Source: Histomonas meleagridis 2922-C6/04-290x (taxonomy: Eukaryota > Protista > Parabasalia). From it: a stretch of DNA of 64,000 nt. The first letter of the stretch is position 1, and each line of letters begins with the position of its first letter. A program made the translations under genes and the position numbers. Location: contig JAANOX010000079.1 in assembly GCA_020184695.1 (NCBI GenBank), positions 87,422 to 151,421 on the forward strand, read 5' to 3'. The notes beneath the pieces are model-generated. The model did not search any database. It saw nothing but the letters and a program-made list of their open reading frames with translations, and had not been told where the DNA came from. Positions 33,209 to 43,947 of this stretch are shown here, piece after piece.

Positions 33209-34228
33209 TCAATTGGCAATCTCATCTCTTACTTCATCGAAGTATGGATGATTCATAGCTTCTTTAGCTGTTATTCTTTCCATATGATCAAACTTTAAAC
33301 ATTTTGATATCAAATCGATTGCATCTGGCGTAGCCAAATGTTCGTTATTTTTTGTTATAAATGACGAAAGTCTTTTGGCTCGTGTTTGTGGGATATCCAT
33401 TTCTGGAGGCAGATCAATCCCATATTTATCGATATAAGACTTAAATGAATCGTATCCCAAAATTGATACGATTTTAGATACCATATCAAGATCATTATTT
33501 CCATTAAAAAATGGCATTTTTTTAAATATGATCCCGGCCATAGTAACACCGAACCCCCAAATGTCAATAGAATAATCGTAATATTGATAATCTACAAGAA
33601 GTTCAATGGACTTAAAATGACGAGATGCAACATGAATGTTATATTTAGTACCAGGATGATAAAATTCTGATAGCCCCCAGTCAATTAACCTGAGTTTTTT
33701 GGAAGATCTATCATACATAACATTTTGAGGTTTGATGTCTCGATGCATAATTCCATGAGAATGAGCATGTTGAAGAGCTTTGAGTAAGTTAAAAAGATAA
33801 AACTTGGCCTCATGAGGTGTAATTGTTTGCATTAATTCTGTGATACTAGGTGAATTAATATACTCAAAAACAAATGTTAATTGGCCTGTGACTGGATCTT
33901 GAACAATGTCTTCGAGTTGAACTATGTTTGGACCACTTTTCATATTCAGTAAAATTTTTGCTTCTCGATTATATTTCAGTGTTCGAACAGGTTTCATTAC
34001 TTTCAATACCACTTTTTTATTTCCTCTATATCCAATAAACACATCACTGTATTTCCCTGTAGCAATCCAATCTGCAATTTCATATTGATCAGGAGGATTA
34101 ATTGGAAGTTCCCAATTTTCGGAGTCGTACCAACTTGGTCCAAGTTCTTGATTTACATTGCAATAAACTTTACTCTTTGTTTCTATTTTATATTTTGGTG
34201 CAATAACTTGTACCGCTCTCCCCCTCAT
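33209..34228 (-). CDS. CK2A: Casein kinase II alpha subunit
   Basis: GKYSDVF, HRDIKPQN, the CK2-specific DWG, FYHPGTKYNIHVASRHFKSIELL. Confidence 0.93.
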   Translation of the reverse strand: MRGRAVQVIAPKYKIETKSKVYCNVNQELGPSWYDSENWELPINPPDQYEIADWIATGKYSDVFIGYRGNKKVVLKVMKPVRTLKYNREAKILLNMKSGPNIVQLEDIVQDPVTGQLTFVFEYINSPSITELMQTITPHEAKFYLFNLLKALQHAHSHGIMHRDIKPQNVMYDRSSKKLRLIDWGLSEFYHPGTKYNIHVASRHFKSIELLVDYQYYDYSIDIWGFGVTMAGIIFKKMPFFNGNNDLDMVSKIVSILGYDSFKSYIDKYGIDLPPEMDIPQTRAKRLSSFITKNNEHLATPDAIDLISKCLKFDHMERITAKEAMNHPYFDEVRDEIAN

Positions 34229-34340
34229 TAAAAACGTTAAAGCAGTTAATTGTCGTCAGTTTATTAAATCCAGATATCATGTTTTCATAAAAACAAACAT
34301 TTTTTGGTGCTGTAAAATTTAATCATAGATAAAAAACAAA

Positions 34341-35090
34341 CTAAACTTTTATTATCAACATGCTTTGAATGTTTTCGCGAAAAATCAATAAACGATAAAT
34401 TTCAGACAACTGAATTAGTAATCGCTTGAGATAACAATGTCCACTTTTCACGTGAGATCTAAGGAATATCAAATGGAAGAATGAATAATGCTGATGTATC
34501 CTGGGAATACGCCATTTGATTTTGCCTGAGCTTGTGTTAACACAATTTATTGTACGCAACAAGTGATTCTATATCGTTTTTCATTGGTTAGATTTGATTT
34601 ACAAATTCGAGTAAAATGTTTACTTGGATCAGCCATAGTTTGAACACCATTTTTGCCATACATAGGAATTAAAAATTTTGATCTGAATTTTCCAAAAGTA
34701 TCTAATTTTGTGGCATCAGGAACTGCACAAAATGCGAATATTTGCATTGGATCTTGAACTCCGTCTGTACCCAGTGGTTTTTTAGCAGCTGCTTGTGATG
34801 CAAAATGAGATGAATTATCACGCACATTTCTGGTAGCTGAAAGAATTCTTTCATATGCTTATGTACCCTCTTAGAATAAAATGAACCAGGTGTGCGTATC
34901 AAAAAAGACTATCTTTATCTCCTATTCGACAATCATTTTGAAAATTTTAAATGTCATTTCAATTTCTCTCTGTGCTTTTTGAAAACATTGCCGTGCTTGA
35001 GCTTCTATAACACTAAGGTCAATCATCATTTTTGATGGATCAACACCTTTTGCTTTTCCGAATCCAAACACATAATTTTTGCATCATTTT
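34341..35090 (-). pseudogene. Frameshifted remnant of an unidentified protein gene
   Basis: Protein-like reading passes across three frames (NYVFGFGKAKGVDPSKMM / DCRIGDKDSLFLIRTPGS / NVRDNSSHFASQAAAKKPLGTDG) with internal stops. Confidence 0.5.
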
Positions 35091-36572
35091 TATTGAAATT
35101 GAATTGAAAAATCCGTTAATTACAGTTTTTACAAATAACAGAAAGAAAAAAATGAACTTTACTTATCAACGGGAATATGAAACTGTTTGTTTGCTACCAA
35201 ACGTATGGTGAAGAACAATAGTGTTTGTTTTCAGTGATTCTATTTTATGAATTTAATTTAATCATTTTCGATTTGGAAAAATTCGTATTCATCAAATCCT
35301 CCACTAATTTTCTTTACTTTTATAAGTCACATCCCAGCGCATTGTGGTTTATTCCTTAAAAATTGAAATTAACTTCATTTGTAAATGATCAATCAAAATT
35401 TGTTCTACAGAGATTTTATGACATTGAACCAAAGTTAAAGTGAACAAAGAGAGTTTTGGTTATGAAAGATATAAGAGAATAAAACAAATGTTAATATTTT
35501 GTTCAAATGAAGAAATTCATGAATTTTTTTTCTGAGATTCACCTTAAGTAAGCAAATTCATTGCTGAAAGCATTTGTAATTCTGAAAATAATATTCATAT
35601 TATTCATTTGTAGATAGAAATGTAAATTAACATTTTTCCAACTGTTTCTTAAAATGCAATAAATATTTTTGATAAATTTGATTTTAAACAAAACTATTAA
35701 TATAGTAAAATGTTTTATAAATTTTTGAGTATATGCCAATAATTTTAATTTGATTATTGCTTAGATTGTTTCTAATATATGGCTTTTGATATCTTTGTAT
35801 TTATTTTCTCAAAAATAAAATGTTGTCAAAAACATAATTTATTTTTCAAATTAATCATCTAGAAATATTGGTCATTGCATTAAATTTGGTGTTTTTATTT
35901 ATAATATCTTAAATAAATATATTGAATGAATAAATATATTTTTTGAAATTATTTGATCATTTTCAAGATATAATCGAGATAAAATTTGTCTTCTGTATTT
36001 GGGCCCAGAGATTTAAGCCTTCAAAGCTGTTTAAATAACGAGGGCATTGCGTAAGATGATAACTTAAAAATTGAATACATACCCAACAGAGATTTCCGTG
36101 ATAAAATAGTTTTTCAGTATATTATTTGGTCATGGTATTGAAAAATTACTCTGAATGTTGAATGATGTTGGTTAGCTAATTGAAATTTTTGGTTCTGTAC
36201 AAAAAAAAGCTACTAAAATTTCCATATATATAATGGAAATAATAAATTGATTAGAAGAATACATTAATAAGAAGTAAGGTGCATTCTATTTTCTTCTTGA
36301 TGATCAATCGTATATACTATAAAAATGTATAATTCTAGTTTGATGTATTCAACATTTCACTCAAAAAGAAACGTTTCACATCATTTTTGTGAAAACAACG
36401 TATTTCCGGAAAATTTCATTCAAATTTTTACCAGTTCGATTGAAATAATTCTGGGAAGATGACGGTAAAAATTCTTGGCATTGAATTTTGTGGATATACA
36501 TAGAAAAGAAAACAAAATTTTTTCAAACAATTGAAGTTTGCGCAAACTTAAAACATAAAATAAAAACATATT

Positions 36573-37142
36573 TTATTCATAAGGCAAAACCCTTTCCCGC
36601 TCATTCCTTGGTTCAGTTTTATTATGATTTTCATTCTGAACATTATTTCTTGAATCAATTGGTATATTCTCATATTCATTATTTTGCCATATTATTGGAA
36701 GTGGCTCAGATGAGATATCACTTGATGTCGTTAAATTATTCTTTTCCAACATCAAAAATTGACATGTATCAGAATCAGAATATGATTTTGATTCTGATTT
36801 ACCGAATTCTTTTCTTGAACACTTTATATTTTTCTTCATATCTAACACGCGAGCCATTTCTCTTGCAATAGATTGATCTTCTTTTTGAAATATTCCATTA
36901 AATCGATCAGTTTGATTTACAATTTTGCATTCAATCACATCCCCTTTTTTAATTCCTTGACTTTCTAGTGTTTCCGAAGGATTAAGAATGCATCCATTAA
37001 AAAATAAATATATTTTCTCATGCTGAAAACATGAAAACTGTAATAAGCTTGAAAGCTCTGCAGCTGTGGATTTCTTGTGAGTTACTACTGTCAGAATTAG
37101 GTCAGGAAGCCATTGAATTTTGACCTTCAGTTCATCGCCCAT
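36573..37142 (-). CDS. Ubiquitin-like domain protein
   Basis: KIYLFFNGCILNPSETLESQGIKKGDVIEC is the C-terminal half of a Ubl fold, followed by a low-complexity tail. Confidence 0.7.
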   Translation of the reverse strand: MGDELKVKIQWLPDLILTVVTHKKSTAAELSSLLQFSCFQHEKIYLFFNGCILNPSETLESQGIKKGDVIECKIVNQTDRFNGIFQKEDQSIAREMARVLDMKKNIKCSRKEFGKSESKSYSDSDTCQFLMLEKNNLTTSSDISSEPLPIIWQNNEYENIPIDSRNNVQNENHNKTEPRNERERVLPYE

Positions 37143-37559
37143 AAGGCTTTCTGGAAAAGGATTTTTTTCTGGAAAGTACAATCAAAAAGTGCTTTTGTTT
37201 TCAATAAACAATTGAGTTTTTGTGTGTTAACATCAGGGCACCGATCATAGCCGCAAAAAAGTTTTGGTCGACCAAATTCAGCATTCATTTTGTACCAAAG
37301 TCTGATTATTTTGGATAGACAAAACAAAATGTAATAGAAATTTGAAATGGAAGCCATGAAAAATTATTGTACCTTTTCATTCCATTTGTGATTTTTGTTT
37401 GTAATTTATAAAAAGTAACCAATATAAGAAAATAATAACATGAAAAATTGAAAATATGTCAAGCATAAAAATCGAATTAGATTAAGCTTAAAAAAATCTA
37501 AGAAAAAATTGGTTAATGAAATGATATTTGTTGCACGTTAAGATAAGATTTTTAAACGG

Positions 37560-38474
37560 TCATTTTTTGAATAGTTTACTGAACCATTGAAGAAAACCTG
37601 ATGGAGGTGCCTTAACGAAATTACTTGGTGGCTCATCACTATACTGTGCCATGTACATCAACGACTGCTTATCCAACAGTCCACCACAATCAAATTTTTG
37701 TTCCTCAAGAATTAAATCAATATATGTTGGAGGGAGCCAATACTGATAATTGAAATCTAGAATTGAGCAGTTGACGTAAAGTGTTGCACCGCTTCTATAT
37801 GAACCATGTCCTTCATGGACATGACCAAAGATATGCAAAGGCGTTTTGACTTCATACAGTTTCATTGCAAGATATGGATCTCCATATGAAAAAAAGTCCA
37901 GACCATAATCAAATATTCCTGCTGGAGGAGAATGGGTTACCACGACATCGTGTTCAGGAGTTATTTTATTCCATTCTTCTCCTTTGGCTTCTTTATATGT
38001 ACCAAATGCCCAACCTCTGATAATAGGTGAACGAGGTGAACAGAAAAACTTGATTCCAAGAATTTCTACAGTTTCATCTTCTGCATAAATAATTGATTTT
38101 TCTTGTTTTATTATATCTTTACTTAGTTCTGGTGGTGTTTCATAACCAAATTGTTTAAATATTTCCGAAAGTTCCTCGCGAAGACTTTCATCGAATGAAA
38201 CTTCATGATTTCCAGCAACTGCTAGAAAATATTGAGCTGGTAGTGATTTAAACCAATTGCAAAAAGAGGTTACATCTTCAGGCTTCCCAACGTTGGTAAA
38301 GTCTCCAGCATGAATAGCAATGTCAACAGGAAATATTGTTGATTGAGGAATTTTTTCATGAAGCCTGTGAGTATCAGACATACACATAATACGTATAGCT
38401 CCTTCTGGTTTAGGTTTTGATGGGTCGTCTACAATATGTGGGGTCCAGCGAAGAACGTCTTCTTGACTTTTCAA
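37560..38474 (-). CDS. Calcineurin-like metallophosphoesterase (MPPED/239FB type)
   Basis: SDTH, HAGDFT, AGNHE, THSPP, FGHVHEG. No in-frame ATG before the domain; the ORF opens at TTG. Confidence 0.88.
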   Translation of the reverse strand: MKSQEDVLRWTPHIVDDPSKPKPEGAIRIMCMSDTHRLHEKIPQSTIFPVDIAIHAGDFTNVGKPEDVTSFCNWFKSLPAQYFLAVAGNHEVSFDESLREELSEIFKQFGYETPPELSKDIIKQEKSIIYAEDETVEILGIKFFCSPRSPIIRGWAFGTYKEAKGEEWNKITPEHDVVVTHSPPAGIFDYGLDFFSYGDPYLAMKLYEVKTPLHIFGHVHEGHGSYRSGATLYVNCSILDFNYQYWLPPTYIDLILEEQKFDCGGLLDKQSLMYMAQYSDEPPSNFVKAPPSGFLQWFSKLFKK

Positions 38475-38571
38475 TTTTCGATTTGCGCTATAAGACGTTT
38501 ATTTGTAAGGAAAGAAATTCTTAAATGGAAAACAGGAAATAAGTGATGAAAATGTATCGTATTTTAAAAGA

Positions 38572-39836
38572 ATGATAAAAACAAATGGGAGTATAATAGG
38601 TACGGCAGTGAGTTTTGGAAATATGTATCTTATGGAACATTTTTTAATGAATCATGAAATGCCAAATAATATTTTAGTTTATGCGATAGTTCCAGATAAT
38701 ATTGACATTGTGAAATATATTTTAGATAAAAAAGATATTGATATTAATGCCACGAATATTTAAATTAATTTTTTCATGTTTAAATATTTTCATTAATATT
38801 TTTATTGAATAATTGGTATTTATTTTAAATATTTTTGACAGCATTAATGAAAGCATGTCAAAATGGTTCTTATGATATTGTTAAATTATTACTTAAACAT
38901 AAAAATATTAATGTTAATGCACAAAATATTAATTTATTATATGTAAAATATTATTGAATCATTTTCTATTTCAATTTTCTAATTGGAATTTATTTATAAT
39001 ATTTAAAACGTCATTAATTTATGCATGTTCTTATGGACATTTAAAAATTATTAAATTACTTCAACAAAAACAAGAAGTTGATTTTAATATTCGAAGTATT
39101 TTTTAACATCGAATCGAATTAATTTAAAATTTTTTATGTTTAAATATAATAAAAGGGAATTCAATGAATTATTTAAAACAGCATTTATGTATGCATGTAG
39201 ATATGGAAATATAGAAGTTGTTAAATATTTTCTTGAAATAGGGATCAATTATAATAAAAAAGATATTTATTTAATATATTTTATATTTAATTTTATAATA
39301 ATATGTTTAAATATTAAATTTAAAATTTAATTTATATTCTTTTATCACCATTAATGATTGCTTGTCGATATAATCATCTTGAAATCATTAAATTACTTCT
39401 AGAACAAAAAGATATTAAAGTTAATTCATCAGATATATTTTAAAATGATTTAGAATTTATATTTAATTATTGATGATTCTATTTATTAATTGGAATTTTA
39501 AATTATCATTTCTAACATCATTAATGTGTGCAAGTTTTTATGGTCATATTGAAGTTGTTAAATTACTTTTAGAACAAAAAGGAATTAATGTTAATGCGAA
39601 ATCAATTTTATCATGATGTTTAATTTTTATTTTGATTTCTAAATAATTGGGATTTATAACAAAATTTTTTAACATCAATAGATTATGCACGAAATAATGG
39701 ACATACAGATATTGTAAATTTACTTGAAGAATATCAATATCATCATGATAACAGTTACACATGGTTTCTTTATTTTTCATTCTACACTTTTAACAATAAA
39801 TTAACAATAAAGACAATTAATAAAAGCGATATATAA
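38572..39836 (+). pseudogene. 5'-truncated duplicate of the ankyrin gene tail with six spacers
   Basis: Reverse complement of 26426-27521. Seven ankyrin exons; spacers at 38761-38831, 38931-39001, 39101-39171, 39268-39338, 39438-39508 (71 nt each) and 39608-39665 (58 nt). Confidence 0.8.
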
Positions 39837-40047
39837 AACAAATAATTTAAAAAAAAAAAAAAAAAATAAAATATAAATAAAATAAAATGAAAAGATAAAA
39901 TTTCAATAAGATATCTTATATAATAGTATACATTATTTATTTTTCCATAAAAGCAAGAATGACTAACCTTCGTAGCTCAACGGTTAGAGCATAGGACTTT
40001 TAATCCTGGGGTTGCGGGTTCGAATCCCGTCGAAGGTGAATTTTTTT
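38590..40047. repeat. Inverted segmental duplicate of 26212-27521 (ankyrin tail plus tRNA-Lys)
   Basis: Near-identical reverse complement ending at the tRNA T-tract; differs by a 165-nt and several homopolymer indels. Confidence 0.93.
39966..40038 (+). tRNA. tRNA-Lys(UUU), second identical copy
   Basis: ACCTTCGTAGCTCAACGGTTAGAGCATAGGACTTTTAATCCTGGGGTTGCGGGTTCGAATCCCGTCGAAGGTG followed by T7. Confidence 0.97.
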
Positions 40048-40052
40048 GTTTT

Positions 40053-42167
40053 TTGATGGAGAGCTCTATTTTTGCTGAGAATTCGCCTTTAGCTTCGTTA
40101 CAGGGAGAGAAATCGAATGATATATTTTTCTCAAAATTCAAATTTTCATCAGGTAGATTATTAGAAAATTCAGAACTTCAGACCAACAATTTTGCAGAAA
40201 CAGAGGGTCATACCTCTGAATTACAATCAACAGAAAACAAATCTTTAATTACGAATAATTGTGAAGATATTTATATTTTAAAGTTCGACCATGGACTACA
40301 AGATAAGACTAATATATGGGATATTAATGAAAATTATCACAGAGATAACAAAGAAATTATTACAGATCGAACATTACAAAACTTTTTACAAAATTATATA
40401 ATTAATAAAGATTTTCCCAACAAAGAAGAAATTAAAAGAATTATTATCAAAGCAATCAAGAAACAAATACCAAAGTTTAACATTTGGTTACAACAAAATT
40501 TATCAATTTATAATTTTTTAAAATTTTCCAATTTCTCAATTCAAATAATATGAATTACGTGAAATCCCATTACCCGAACCATTTTGTTGTTTATTAGTTC
40601 CAGAATGTAATTTTTTCACAGAAGATTTTCAAATATTATCAAAACATTTGTCAGAAGAACATGGTATTGACCCTAATCAAGAATTACTTATTCATGAAAG
40701 AATAATACAAAGATTATTGACTAAAAACATATATATTATAAAATCAAAAAATTATCGAAGATTCTACCAAATTGTTATAAAATTATTTCTGACAATTCTG
40801 AATTAATCAACCATATAAATCAATATCATGGTACAGAAATAATTATGAATTCTTTACAAACCGTCGGGTCATTTTGGATGTTAATATTTCCATGGACAAA
40901 AACTTACGGAAAACTACCGACAGCATTAAATTTATTAAAAACACAAGTTGATTTTGGAATATTCAATAATATTGATCCAGATGCTCGGAGAGAAATTTAT
41001 TCAATTAATGAACATTATGAAAACAAAGATTTTACTGAGATTGATTTACCATATTGGATATTAATCATCGAACAAAATAACATCAATATTGAGATCCCAA
41101 ATATATGTTTTTATCGAGGTTTAATTTTACCACCAGATACTTTTCGAATTATAAATAGAACATTATCAATCAGACCTGACACATTACAATTATTAAATAA
41201 CAAAATTAGACCAAATAAAAACATTTCTCATGTTACACAAGTTCAACAATATCCAGTTAATGTTAATGTTCCTAATTTCTCTATTACACAAAAAAACATA
41301 AATTGTGATTTACCAGTAGTAAAAGTTGAAGAAAAAATTATTGATATTCCAGACTTCAAAATTAATAATGAAGAAATCAATGTCGTTATACCTTATTACA
41401 ATAAGGAAGACATGTTAATTACAATTCCTGATTTTAAAATTAATAAAGAAAATTAATTAATACCAATTCCTAAATTTAAGAAAGAATTGGTACCTATTAA
41501 AATACCAGAGTATGAGAAACAAACAGAAAACTTTGTAATTTCAATACCTAATTATCAACAAAAAGATTTTAAAATAGACATACCGAATTACCAACAAAAT
41601 TTACAAAATTATACAACACCAATACCTCAATACAATCAAGAAAATTTTTTAATTAATATTCCAAATTATCAAAATCAAATACAAAATATTAATATTCCAA
41701 TACCAAATTATCAAAATCAAGTACAAAATATTAATATTCCTATTCCGTATTACAAAAATGAAATTGTACCATTTAATATTCCTCAATTTAAAGTTAATGA
41801 ACAAATTATAGAAGTACCAAAAATCAAATTTGTAGAAAAAGATATCAATTTTCCAATGCCAAACTATAATTTACCAAATATTAATATTAATATTTATCTA
41901 AATAATAACGAAACTCAAAATCAAAATAACAATTATAATCAAAATCAACTAAACTCAAATATTGCATCCTTAAAATTCAATAACAATAATATTCCACAAG
42001 AAAATCAAAATCGAAATCAAATCAATAACATCAATTTAAATAATAATAATAATCACAATAATGGAAATAATATCAATAATAATATTAATGATGAAGAAGA
42101 TTTAACACCAGAAAATTCATTAAATGATATTAAAAATGCGAAACTAAAGAAGAAATTAAATCAGTAA
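40053..42167 (+). mobile_element. Probable 5' part of a non-LTR retroelement ORF (C2H2 fingers, IPNYQ repeats), degraded
   Basis: Two C2H2-like motifs at 40580-40830 (CCLLVPEC...KHLSEEH; CYKII...NHINQYH), repeated IPxY/F motifs and an Asn-rich tract; broken by stops and frameshifts. Confidence 0.5.
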
Positions 42168-42322
42168 TTAACAAATGGAAGAATAGAGATTTAAACGAGA
42201 ACTTATTCATGTGCAATAATGATAGATTTAAAATACCCTCATTTCTTTTTAATTAGTTTTAATTAAATTTTCAACGCCCATACAAAATTATTTGCAAACG
42301 GCCTGGCCATGTCATTTTGCCA

Positions 42323-43485
42323 ATGCAAATTAGAAATGTTCTTCAGGGAGAACCCCATAATGAATACACGAGAAAAGATTTGAGAAAGAAGATTAAAACC
42401 GTGATAGATGAACTCATGAATGGAAAGCTATCAATTTATAAATTATCAAAATTATCAAATATTCCAGAATCCACTTTAAAATATTGGAAGAAACAAATGT
42501 CTATTAACAACAATTGGAGGCCGTGGTTGAATAATAATGGGATTGGGCATAGAATATTTACTGATGACGAAGAAGCTGCAATCAAAGATTATATTTTCAC
42601 TAATTTTATCTCCCAAGGATTCTACTTCAATGACGAAGATTTTGCAGATATTGCATATCAAGCATACCTTGAAAAGAACAATCAAAATGAAAAAATGTTT
42701 GAAAAAGAATTTTTGATTAGCAAATGCTTTATCCATAATTTCAAGAAGAGAAACCACATACTTCGAGGAAACCTCATTTAAATAGGGGACCTGTAACACC
42801 AGAAGATGACAAGAATAAATTTATTGAGAAAATTCGAAATCTTCTTGAGACTACTGATCGCTCAAGAATAGTGAATGCTGATGAGACAAGCTGGAAGAGC
42901 TTTCCAGGTGGAATTTTAACATGGTCCGAGAAAGGATCAGATAATGTGAAAGTTTTTTTTGGAAAAAATCCGAAGCAATATGTTACTGTATTGGCTAAAA
43001 TAAAGGCCGATGGAACGAAGTTGCCTTTGTTTATCATTGCAAAGGGCACAATTGAGAGAACAGAAAGAAATTTAGGTGACATTTCATATCACATGTACGG
43101 TAGATCAAAGAGCGGATGGACTACAGAAGGCACATTTCAAGATTATTCAACATTTCTTCGCAAGCATATCGGCGACAACGATAAGATACACCTCATAATT
43201 GATCATTACAAATCTCACGAGACGCAAAAGATCAAAGATCTTGCAAATCGATTAAACATTGATTTGATTTTCATACCAGCTGGACTAACAGATTGCCTGA
43301 AGCCCCTCGATAGATTGGTGTTTGGCTGCTTAAAATCAATAACCCGAAGACTCTATAAAAAAACATATCAAGAAAATCCAAATACGGTCTTTAACAAAGA
43401 AATGGCAATTAAGCACTTACTGGCAGCTTGGGAACACTTACAAATGCATACAATTACAGAATCATGGTCCATTTATGATGAATAA
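42323..43485 (+). mobile_element. pogo-like DD35D transposase pseudogene
   Basis: HTH N-terminus, NADET, LIIDHYKSH...KPLD (35-aa spacing); one frameshift near 42765. TIRs not identified. Confidence 0.85.
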
Positions 43486-43947
43486 AAAATTCATTATTCC
43501 TGTTCGTCTTTCGACTACAAAAGAAATGAGGAAGCTATATGAATGAAAATGCTCAGAGTGTAATCCCAAATTATGATTTAGTGAAATCTTAAATTATCAC
43601 ATGCAAAAAGGCAAAGATTGTTATAACTTGAAGAACAATTGCATGATACTGTAGGGAATGTTGATCATTAAAAATATTGAAGAATTGAATGATTAAACAA
43701 ATAATTTATTTTTGCAAATTTCATTTTTTTTTTTTTTGTTGAGTGGCTTTATGTTACATTATGTTGTATCTAAAAGTCATCATTGGCTTAAAATTTGTCT
43801 CTTGACCTTTTTTAGGTTAAAAACAAAAATATGAATAATTTGAAAGAAATGATTCTTAAAAAAATGACATGTAGGCAACGCGGTTAAATACAGAGGTCCA
43901 TTAACCCGTACAAATCCAGACATTTGTAATCAGCTAAAGATAAATGC

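Noticed and set aside
38755-38840. U12-type AT-AC intron interpretation of the ankyrin spacers (ATATT...AAC)
   Set aside because: Splicing from either AT to the AC of the Thr codon does not restore frame, the ATATCCT 5' consensus is absent, and trichomonads are not known to have a minor spliceosome.
38761-39665. CRISPR-like array (repeat/spacer periodicity)
   Set aside because: The 'repeats' are diverged protein-coding ankyrin units, the context is eukaryotic and there are no cas genes.
42159-43933. AATCAG duplication or CATGTCATTTT inverted repeat as ends of the pogo insertion
   Set aside because: Matches are only 6 and 11 bp. Joining at AATCAG does not restore a long frame and is not a TA TSD.
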